Source of the DNA: Candidatus Helarchaeota archaeon
Lineage (GTDB): Archaea; Asgardarchaeota; Lokiarchaeia; Helarchaeales; RDOG01
Assembly: GCA_029838215.1 (NCBI GenBank)
Contig: JALGVI010000047.1
Span: 1 to 42,039 of the forward strand
Length of the DNA stretch: 42,039 nucleotides
Direction: 5' to 3'
Shown here: positions 28,305 to 36,068 of the stretch, piece by piece
Layout: every line of letters starts with the position of its first letter
Numbering within the stretch: position 1 is the stretch's first letter
Program-made: the position numbers and the translations under genes
Notes under the pieces: generated by a model
The model's input: the letters and a program-made list of their open reading frames with translations, nothing else
Database searches by the model: none
Told to the model about the DNA's origin: nothing

Positions 28305-29474
28305 GTGGAAATTATAAAGAGAATTCAGCTCAGCTATTTGATAATTTTGGGCATCGGAGTGGGCATTGGAATAGTCGACTCCATTTTACGCCTCTCAATC
28401 TTTCCATTTTTTTCTTGGTCGTTCATCGCCAGTTGGATTATCGGAACTATCTATTATATTCAAAAAATCAGGTTTAATCAACGTTTTAACGTTCGACTAA
28501 ATCAGGTATTTTTCATTTTTTGGCCAAACATGATGGGTACAGCCACGCTGGCATTTGGAAGCATTTCTGTTATCTTGAATGAGAGCATTTTAGGCGTGGT
28601 TCATTTCTCAATTTTCACGTTAATATTAGCATTACCATACCAGATAATTGGTTATATATTCATCTGGAAATCATTGGGACAATATCGCTTCGTTTTTTTT
28701 CAAGGTAAAGAAAAAAATGCTAAAGCCGTGGGTTTTTTCTTCTTGACATTTTTCATGATTATTTATTTCTCTATCGTGGCATTTGTAAGTCTTCTAGATC
28801 TTCTAGCTCTGATATTCGGTTTAGCAATGTTAATTTTATTTATTGAAAGAATCGTGTATCATTCAACTCATAGAGCCATTCTTGTCAATTCCTCTCCTAG
28901 ACGAGCACGTTCAAGAAATACGGCACGAGGTCTGGATATCCCTGCTCCAGCATTAAGCATTGCTGCAGAAGTCCCACCTGTAACATCTCGGACGCGACCC
29001 ACTCAAAGACAGAATACAAGAACTCCCAGGCGAGTCTCAACACGATCGAGACAAACAACACCTCGAAGGAATGAACACGGACATGCACGCAGACCTAGCG
29101 TGAATTCGCCTCTATCATCCAATAATAAAAATAAAAAAGACAAAAAAATCTTAGATCTTCTTCCAACAGGAATGAATATTGATATTAATGACTTCAAATG
29201 TCTATTCTGCTTCGAGATTCCCAATACGAACAATAGAAATCGTAAGATCGTTATTTGTCCCAAATGCAAGAGACCTGCACATCTGGACGAATGGAATGCT
29301 TGGAAAACAACCTCCCCAAGCTGTCCCCGTTGTAATGCAAAAATTAACGGTTCCCAAAAAATCGTGTCATCGCAAACATACGTAAAAGTTGTAAAGTATT
29401 TTTCGAAAAACAAAGAAAAATTCAAGAAATTGACCCGAATGGCAGTACTTCAATCAGTACAAAGAAGAAATTAA
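28305..29474 (+). CDS. Multi-pass membrane protein with C-terminal variant RING finger (putative E3 ligase)
   Basis: About 6 TM helices in the first ~185 aa, R/S/T/P-rich linker, then CLFC-x14-CPKC-x3-H-LD-E-WNAW-x6-CPRC at 29199-29333. Confidence 0.75.
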   Translation: MEIIKRIQLSYLIILGIGVGIGIVDSILRLSIFPFFSWSFIASWIIGTIYYIQKIRFNQRFNVRLNQVFFIFWPNMMGTATLAFGSISVILNESILGVVHFSIFTLILALPYQIIGYIFIWKSLGQYRFVFFQGKEKNAKAVGFFFLTFFMIIYFSIVAFVSLLDLLALIFGLAMLILFIERIVYHSTHRAILVNSSPRRARSRNTARGLDIPAPALSIAAEVPPVTSRTRPTQRQNTRTPRRVSTRSRQTTPRRNEHGHARRPSVNSPLSSNNKNKKDKKILDLLPTGMNIDINDFKCLFCFEIPNTNNRNRKIVICPKCKRPAHLDEWNAWKTTSPSCPRCNAKINGSQKIVSSQTYVKVVKYFSKNKEKFKKLTRMAVLQSVQRRN

Positions 29475-29499
29475 TACGAAGGAATTTAACCAAGCTTTC

Positions 29500-30036
29500 T
29501 TAAACTTCAATTTCATCGTACTTTTTCTTAAAAGTTTCGTAAGCCTCTTGATCATAAAGAACAAAAACTACTTTTTTCAAATGTGTCTTTTCATCTTGAA
29601 GAAACTTCACGGTTGAAGTCAGCATTATCTCAGCACAACGATCCAGCGGGAACCCAAAAATTCCTGTTGAAATAGCAGGGAATGCCAACGTTTTAATTCC
29701 ATTTTCCTCTGCACAAATTAGCGTGTTTATTGTTGCATTTTTGAGCTTAGCGTCTTCGTCACCCTCGCCCATTCGAGGTCCAACCGTATGAATCACGTAT
29801 TTTGCAGGTAAGTCACCAGCAGTTGTAATGACTGCGGACCCAACAGAAGTCCCTCGAGGATACTTGATCTTGCATTCTTCTTGAATTCGGGGACCACCCT
29901 TGCGACGTATGGCACCGGCCACACCTGCACCCAAAACTAAACGAGAATTCGCTGCATTCACGATAGCATCTAATTTCTGATCGGTAATGTCTCCTTTCTC
30001 GATTATGATTTCTGTCTGCCCAACTTGCAAAACCAT
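29500..30036 (-). CDS. Macrodomain ADP-ribose-binding / hydrolase protein
   Basis: GDIT, AIVNAAN, GAGVAGAI, VIHTVGP, AFPAISTGIFGFP; ATG 30036 is the likely start. Confidence 0.93.
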   Translation of the reverse strand: MVLQVGQTEIIIEKGDITDQKLDAIVNAANSRLVLGAGVAGAIRRKGGPRIQEECKIKYPRGTSVGSAVITTAGDLPAKYVIHTVGPRMGEGDEDAKLKNATINTLICAEENGIKTLAFPAISTGIFGFPLDRCAEIMLTSTVKFLQDEKTHLKKVVFVLYDQEAYETFKKKYDEIEV

Positions 30037-30233
30037 TGATAAAGACCTTCCTTCAAATGCATGTTTCAGGACGTGCGCCTTATGATTAAGAAATTCTGTC
30101 CTTATTACAATTAAGCATCGAGTTATAAAAATCGTACTGAATAGAAACAAATGAAAATTTATAATTCACGACTCGATAAAGTGAGAAGAATTCGTTCACG
30201 AAATGAGAAACAAGGAGCATCTCACGTAAAATT

Positions 30234-31679
30234 TCAGGATGACCTAGATTTTAAATATTCAGCATGTCTTGAAATCAATTTCATGGTGAGAGCCGCCTGC
30301 GTGATGCTCGAAAAAAAAGGAACGTGGTAACTGAAAAGAGCATTTCGATATCTAATGGCAAATCGAGTCGTATCGTCAGATTCTCGATCGATGAGACCGA
30401 GATAAATGAATGGATTTGTTAAAGTCTGGTTCAACTCGCCCAAATACTTGGCAAGGATTTGTCCGAGCTTTTTTCCTTCCATTTTTTGCAATCTCGCCAA
30501 GCGATCAAGATTATACGACGTGCAAACCAAATCGATTTGGGGATCACTTGATACAACTTGGATGCATTTCATGAAGACATCCACCAAGATCCCCATCGCA
30601 CCCAAATCAACGGGATTTTTGACAGAAACATTGACATCGGGTAATATTTCTTTCAATTTTTCTTGAGTTTCACGCTCGAGCGTGGGGACACGAAATCCTT
30701 GCTGAGAAAACGTATCGGTGATTTCGACACCAGCACCCCCACCTGCAACGATGATTGCCACGCGATCCATCTTTTTCAATCGTTCTCGGGGTAATATGGA
30801 TAACACGTGTAAAACATCCATGAACTCCGCGCGGTTACGGACAGGAATCACACCAACCTGCAGCATTGCTTCTTCCCACAATTGTAGATCAGATCGAATG
30901 GCTGCAGTATGTGACTGTGCGGCTTTTAATCCATCTTCCGTCTGTCCTCCCTTCCATATCACGACTGGCTTTGACTTCGTGGTTTCTTTCAGGGCTTGCA
31001 AGAACTCCAAACCATTTGCAGAACCAAACGATTCAAGATACATGCCGATAACGTCAGTATCAGGATCGCGTGCATAATATTCTAGAAAATCCAAGCAATT
31101 CAAGTCTGCTTGATTTCCAAAACTGACGCCCTTCGAGAAATAAACGCCGCGTGTTGGTCCAATTCTCAGAAAGGTCGTAGCCAAGCCACCAGATTGGGAA
31201 CAAAAAGCAACATTTCCTGTCGTCTTAAAAGAAGCGCGCGGAAAAAAAGACACCCGAGACTTGGCACAGAAACCACCCATGCAATTGGGTCCGATTATCC
31301 GCGTTCGTGTTCCGCGCGTGATTTTTAGAAGTTCGTCTTGCAAATCGACGCGCCCAATTTCGGCAAAACCAGAAGTGAATATGGACACGAATTTCACGCC
31401 AATCTTCACGCAATCCTTAATCAGGTGCGGGACAAGGTCGGCACGAATGCAGGAAATTACAACATCCGGAACCGTTGGAGTAGCCAAGACGGAAGGAAAA
31501 CATTTCTTCCCATCGATCATCTCATACTTTGGATTGACATAATAGACTTTTCCTTTATAACCAACTTTCAAGGAATTCATGAAAAAAGTCGAGCCGAAAT
31601 TTCGCTTCTCAGAAGCACCAACGATCGCGATACTTTCAGGAAAGAAAAATCGTGTCAAATCCCATTGATTTCGAACCAT
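30234..31679 (-). CDS. ADP-forming acyl-CoA synthetase alpha subunit (CoA-binding)
   Basis: IAIVGAS, IIGPNCMG, SQSGG, SFGNQADL, phospho-His SHTAA, KNPVDL. Confidence 0.9.
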   Translation of the reverse strand: MVRNQWDLTRFFFPESIAIVGASEKRNFGSTFFMNSLKVGYKGKVYYVNPKYEMIDGKKCFPSVLATPTVPDVVISCIRADLVPHLIKDCVKIGVKFVSIFTSGFAEIGRVDLQDELLKITRGTRTRIIGPNCMGGFCAKSRVSFFPRASFKTTGNVAFCSQSGGLATTFLRIGPTRGVYFSKGVSFGNQADLNCLDFLEYYARDPDTDVIGMYLESFGSANGLEFLQALKETTKSKPVVIWKGGQTEDGLKAAQSHTAAIRSDLQLWEEAMLQVGVIPVRNRAEFMDVLHVLSILPRERLKKMDRVAIIVAGGGAGVEITDTFSQQGFRVPTLERETQEKLKEILPDVNVSVKNPVDLGAMGILVDVFMKCIQVVSSDPQIDLVCTSYNLDRLARLQKMEGKKLGQILAKYLGELNQTLTNPFIYLGLIDRESDDTTRFAIRYRNALFSYHVPFFSSITQAALTMKLISRHAEYLKSRSS

Positions 31680-31846
31680 TGATGTCGCCCTTATCCAATT
31701 CTTAAAATAATTAATGCACGTAAGACAGATCAGGGAAAATCTTGAACATGATAATTATCGTCTTTTCAGTTATAATTTTTGGCTTGAAGAAATAGCCCTT
31801 CATTCAACATGGATCGAAAATAAATACGAAAGCCGTGTAATTAATA

Positions 31847-31936
31847 TTGAAGATTTGCAGTGATGATACTGACCTGGAATGAGAAACATGTCAATTTCAG
31901 ATGATTTTCCTCAAAAATATCTGAACAAATCTTCAA
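31847..31936 (+). ncRNA. Candidate box C/D (K-turn) small RNA
   Basis: C box GTGATGA 31860-31866, D box CTGA 31921-31924, enclosed by a perfect 11-bp inverted repeat TTGAAGATTTG (31847-57) / CAAATCTTCAA (31926-36) in K-turn register. Confidence 0.65.
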
Positions 31937-31997
31937 AAACCTGTTTTTTTTTGGAAAGAATGAAATAAAAAAAAGAGAAAGTAAAAAATGAAGAAAT

Positions 31998-32192
31998 CTA
32001 AAAATCTTTTGCCATTAAGGTTTTTCTTTTTGCGCCTTTAGCATGTTCAATTGCGTCATCAAGCACTTTTTTAATCGATTTGTTCAACACGTTGCCACCA
32101 AGCACTTCCTTGGAAATATTACACCCCTTCGAGTTAACATATTTTCGGACTGCAGCTTTCACGAACAAATTTGGTTCCTTTTCTGCCGGCAT
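31998..32192 (-). CDS. Short histone-fold protein (face-to-face / Bd0055-like type)
   Basis: 64 aa; LFVKAAVRKYVNSKG...NIS...VLDDAIEHAKGAKRKTLMAKDF with the RxTxxxxD clamp. Confidence 0.82.
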   Translation of the reverse strand: MPAEKEPNLFVKAAVRKYVNSKGCNISKEVLGGNVLNKSIKKVLDDAIEHAKGAKRKTLMAKDF

Positions 32193-32258
32193 TAAAACCC
32201 ACCCGTTAATTATTTGCTCAAATAAACGAAATTGAGTTTATCCAAGATCTATTTAAAG

Positions 32259-32609
32259 TTATCCAGTTCGCTTGATAACATGATAGCCGTGCACCGTTTT
32301 TACCGGGCTCGAAACTTCACCAATTTTTAATTTCATCACTGCGGTTTCAAATTCTTTCACCATGTCTCCCCGCTTAAATTCACCAAGGTCTCCGCCACGC
32401 TTTTTGGATGGACATTCCGAATATTGCCTCGCCAATTTCGCGAAATCTGCTCCAGAATCGATATCTTCTTTAATTTCCTCAGCAATGCTTAGTTTCTTAA
32501 CGAGAATGTGAGAAGCTCGCATGTGACCTGCCTTGACCTTTTTTCCTTTTTTACCAGTAGAAGGAGACGAGTTTTTTGGCTTTCCTTTCTGTTTTGGTTT
32601 TTTGCCCAA
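32259..32609 (-). CDS. Parvulin-type peptidyl-prolyl isomerase with Lys-rich N-tail
   Basis: [45 protein letters not shown]; GAGGTG RBS before TTG 32609. Confidence 0.93.
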   Translation of the reverse strand: MGKKPKQKGKPKNSSPSTGKKGKKVKAGHMRASHILVKKLSIAEEIKEDIDSGADFAKLARQYSECPSKKRGGDLGEFKRGDMVKEFETAVMKLKIGEVSSPVKTVHGYHVIKRTG

Positions 32610-32714
32610 AAATAACACCTCAGGCAATAAAATTGAATTTATAATTAAAGATTTTAAGCAATAAAGTGGAAGTTTCAAAGGGATATATATATGTGTACAC
32701 GTACATATATCGTA

Positions 32715-32954
32715 ATGACTTCAAAAACCATTAGCATTACTGAAGATGTATACAACGAATTGATAAAGATTAAAGCACGAGATGAAAGCTTTTCTCAGTT
32801 ATTTTTACGAATGTTAAAAAATTATAAACAAAATATAGAGGATTCCTTTGGATCTTGGAATTTATCCGATGAAGAAAAGACAGAAATCTGGAAAGATCTT
32901 TCAACACATCCAGGAAGGCGGTGGAATAAGCAAAAATTGGGTGTATCGAAATGA
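32715..32954 (+). CDS. vapB: VapB-type antitoxin (DUF217-like)
   Basis: [20 protein letters not shown]...[11 protein letters not shown]; overlaps the PIN gene start. Confidence 0.85.
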   Translation: MTSKTISITEDVYNELIKIKARDESFSQLFLRMLKNYKQNIEDSFGSWNLSDEEKTEIWKDLSTHPGRRWNKQKLGVSK

Positions 32955-33358
32955 TAATGCTTGATACCGCGGCATGCATTGATTATTTGAATGGAGTCAA
33001 GGGCATTAAAAACATTCTTTCAAGAAAAGAAAAGATGTTATGCACGACAACGATTTCAGTCTATGAGGTAAATATAGGGCTGGAACGAACCAAACGAAAA
33101 AAATCCGAGCAAAGATATCTTGAATTATTTAAAAAATGGATGGGATTTTTAAGCGGTTTGCAAATTTTTTCGTTTAAAATGAAAGAAGCAGAAAAAGCTG
33201 CTAAAATTCATGATATTTTAGAATCCAAAGGCAAGATGATTGTTGATAATGATATTTTGATAGCGGGCATCATGAGTGCGAATGGAATTGTCGAAATAAT
33301 AACGCGAAACATCCAGCATTTTGAAAACATACCCGATATTGAAATCATTTCATATTAA
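32951..33358 (+). CDS. vapC: VapC PIN-domain toxin
   Basis: MLDT, SVYEV, DNDILIAG, ITRNIQHF acidic PIN residues. Confidence 0.9.
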   Translation: MIMLDTAACIDYLNGVKGIKNILSRKEKMLCTTTISVYEVNIGLERTKRKKSEQRYLELFKKWMGFLSGLQIFSFKMKEAEKAAKIHDILESKGKMIVDNDILIAGIMSANGIVEIITRNIQHFENIPDIEIISY

Positions 33359-33409
33359 AATAATTCTAAATAAGAGATGTCCGAGAAGAAATTTCGAAAT
33401 ATCCTGTTT

Positions 33410-33499
33410 TTTAATTTCTTCGGCAATGCCCAGTTTTTTAACAAGAATGTGAGAAGCTCGCACGTTGCCTGCCCTGACCTTTTTTCCTTTTTTACCGGT
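33410..33499 (-). pseudogene. Parvulin gene fragment
   Basis: Encodes [30 protein letters not shown]; lacks the parvulin start/RBS and the rest of the catalytic domain. Confidence 0.8.
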
Positions 33500-33504
33500 T
33501 TGAT

Positions 33505-34326
33505 TTAAATAATTGGCGAAGCATAACAATAAATGCATCCATGACGACATAATTGTTCTCGATAGTCGCCAACATCACGATTTTTCGTGCATCCACATTG
33601 TTCACGTGTCGGAGCCTTTGCAATGCTGCATTTTTCCATGAAGAGCAATGATAAAAACTCGCCATCGATACAATGCCCTTTATAAACGTTTGGAACGTCA
33701 AGAAGAACGTCATTACAACACGAATACATTCGAATGCCTTTTTCCTTGCATTTACTCGCCAGTTTCGTGGACACTTCGATCATTTTTCTGCGTGAGGGAA
33801 TGATGTACTTAATGTCGTGTTTTCGAGCCCGCCGTATACTCTTTTCATACCACGTGACAAAGCTGAAATAACAACGTCTCAGACCAACGCGTGCTACCAC
33901 TTCAAGTATTTTTTCAAAACTTCCGAGATTATTGACCACTCGATCACCAACACGCCAGAAAGCAATTGGATCGAATCGCCAAATAATCGTGGCGGGATTA
34001 AATTCAGCCGCCAACTTTTCCAATTGTCGCAAACGATAATGCAGGGGAATGACATTCGGTTCCAATAATTTACAATCATTGATAGTGAAATGGAAAAATA
34101 GGTTATAATCCGAAAATTCACTTGCCTGCTCTAGAAATGGTCCAAAATCCTTGCTCCAGAAAACAATCGAATGCACGTCTTCTTTTTTTAGAGAAATTCG
34201 ACTTACTTGTTGAGGATAAAATGGGTTCTTGACACGGACTTCGCCCTTCCTCATTTTATCAATGAACCAATCAAGATAAAATGCAGGGATGTCCGTTCTC
34301 CTGGAAGCACTAATGACCGATTTCAT
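33505..34326 (-). CDS. DUF1848 family protein (spore-photoproduct-lyase-like)
   Basis: VISASRRTDIPAFY, IVFWSKD, IIWRFDPI, C-terminal CRHGCIYCYA. Confidence 0.88.
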   Translation of the reverse strand: MKSVISASRRTDIPAFYLDWFIDKMRKGEVRVKNPFYPQQVSRISLKKEDVHSIVFWSKDFGPFLEQASEFSDYNLFFHFTINDCKLLEPNVIPLHYRLRQLEKLAAEFNPATIIWRFDPIAFWRVGDRVVNNLGSFEKILEVVARVGLRRCYFSFVTWYEKSIRRARKHDIKYIIPSRRKMIEVSTKLASKCKEKGIRMYSCCNDVLLDVPNVYKGHCIDGEFLSLLFMEKCSIAKAPTREQCGCTKNRDVGDYREQLCRHGCIYCYASPII

Positions 34327-34344
34327 GTCTTTTCCTTACTAATC

Positions 34345-34812
34345 TCACTCAAATAATCGCGGAAACTTCGACTTTATGTCGGGGAAATTTTCGTTAAGAT
34401 ATTCGAGCCAAAGATCGCCTTGATTCATTTTCGTATAACCCATCGGAGTCATTATTGAAGATAAACGGTCAAGAAACTGATCCCAAGTCTCCTTTGTTGG
34501 AATGTAAATCTCGGCCTTGATTTTTTCATTCTCCAAGATAACTTCGCATCTCTCTCGCGTGTAAAGTCGTGGAACTCCTTCATAATGATCCAGGGCAGGC
34601 AAGCTATCAACATCAACTTCGAATAATAAAGCTTTAAAACGGGAGCCCACGCGCCTTATGGCAAACGGATAGGGAAATGGTTGAAAATTATCGAAAAAAG
34701 GATGATACATCCGCTTGTGATCGATGACTTCGCATACAGATTTTACGTGAAACGTCTTATCTCCACGAACATGACTAATGATGAATGTACCATAACCAAC
34801 AATATCCGGCAT
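34345..34812 (-). CDS. Gamma-glutamylcyclotransferase (AIG2-like) family
   Basis: VGYGT, LDHYEGVPRLYTR, AEIY. Confidence 0.75.
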   Translation of the reverse strand: MPDIVGYGTFIISHVRGDKTFHVKSVCEVIDHKRMYHPFFDNFQPFPYPFAIRRVGSRFKALLFEVDVDSLPALDHYEGVPRLYTRERCEVILENEKIKAEIYIPTKETWDQFLDRLSSIMTPMGYTKMNQGDLWLEYLNENFPDIKSKFPRLFE

Positions 34813-34848
34813 TTTTTCACCCGAATTTAAAGGACAAAATTACATTCA

Positions 34849-35748
34849 TTACATGTGGAGGAGACCTTTATGTCTCAGACGTTTTGTTGCAGGATCCCGA
34901 AGTCTCGCTTCCAAATAACGAATGATGAATTCACGTTCATCAGGCAATTTGGCTTCAAAACTATCATAATTCGAAACGTGGTCGTTAAAAACATACGATG
35001 TAACGGAATCATTCAAATGCTTGAAAATCGTTAATTGTTCCTTGAGAATTCCATATGGGGAAACGATTTCGAACTTACCCTCTTGAATGTCCTTCCATAA
35101 TTCACTTGTAGGCATTATATTTAACGTTCGAAAGCGGAAAATGGTCGGATTCATCTGATTCAAGACATTTGCGGTTTCTATGGCGTGTTCTTCAGAATAC
35201 TCCACGCCACCCAACCCAAGAATGATGTAAACAGATAATTGTATTCCCGCCTTCATTAGCTTCTTACCAGCTTTGATCATGTTCTCGGGCGTGGTACCTT
35301 TTTTCATCATTTTTAAAATGCGACGACTCCCAGATTCTAATCCCATGTAGCAAATTGTGAGACCTGCTTCGTGAAGCTGACGCAACTCTTCATCAGATTT
35401 TCGTAAAATGTCTAAATTTTTAGCATAACATGAAATTCTCTTCAGATGCGGGAAGAGTTCATTAATCTTGTGCAGGATCTTGAGAAGATGATCCGTCGGA
35501 GCACTTAACGCCTCACCTCCAGCCATGAATAGCGTAGAAATAAAATCGCCATAACGCTGCTTTAAAATCTCTAATTCCTTAAAAACTCGCTCTATCGGAC
35601 GAATACGATACTTTTGAATGATTTCACCGGTTAATTGATTGATGTATACGCCACAAAAACGACACTGGTTCCACCAGCATCCTTCTGTAACACCAACCAA
35701 TAACGAGTTGGCTTCTACCGGAGGTCGAATTATGATCATATCTTCCAT
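34849..35748 (-). CDS. Radical SAM protein
   Basis: IIRPPVEA, GCWWNQCRFC, AGGEAL, MGLESG, IILGLGG. Confidence 0.88.
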   Translation of the reverse strand: MEDMIIIRPPVEANSLLVGVTEGCWWNQCRFCGVYINQLTGEIIQKYRIRPIERVFKELEILKQRYGDFISTLFMAGGEALSAPTDHLLKILHKINELFPHLKRISCYAKNLDILRKSDEELRQLHEAGLTICYMGLESGSRRILKMMKKGTTPENMIKAGKKLMKAGIQLSVYIILGLGGVEYSEEHAIETANVLNQMNPTIFRFRTLNIMPTSELWKDIQEGKFEIVSPYGILKEQLTIFKHLNDSVTSYVFNDHVSNYDSFEAKLPDEREFIIRYLEARLRDPATKRLRHKGLLHM

Positions 35749-36068
35749 TTACACATCCTCAAGTAGAACTCAATGAGTGATGAGAATTAAGTTTTATGGT
35801 TTTTTAGTTCTATCTCGGTTTTTCTTTCATTTCGTCTCAATAAGCAACAAATAGGGGAGCAATCCAAAGCTAGACAAATCTATTATCAAATGATAAGATT
35901 TAAAATCGATAACGTGAAAATTCAAAAATTATAGAAGATTGTAAAGCGGCATTTGTATGAATTCAGATAGAATTACAATAAAAAGAATTCATAAAATTGC
36001 CCAAATTGATACCGTTCGCTAGTATTGCACTGACATATTGGTGCATAACAGGAGGCTTTTGCTTTAAA

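Larger units (their letters stand above)
32469..33499. repeat. 90-bp direct repeat pair (32469-32558 and 33410-33499) flanking vapBC
   Basis: 79/90 identical by manual alignment. Confidence 0.9.

Noticed and set aside
33350-33550. 66-aa ORF as a second functional parvulin
   Set aside because: Only 30 codons match parvulin; the catalytic C-terminal two thirds are absent and the start overlaps DUF1848
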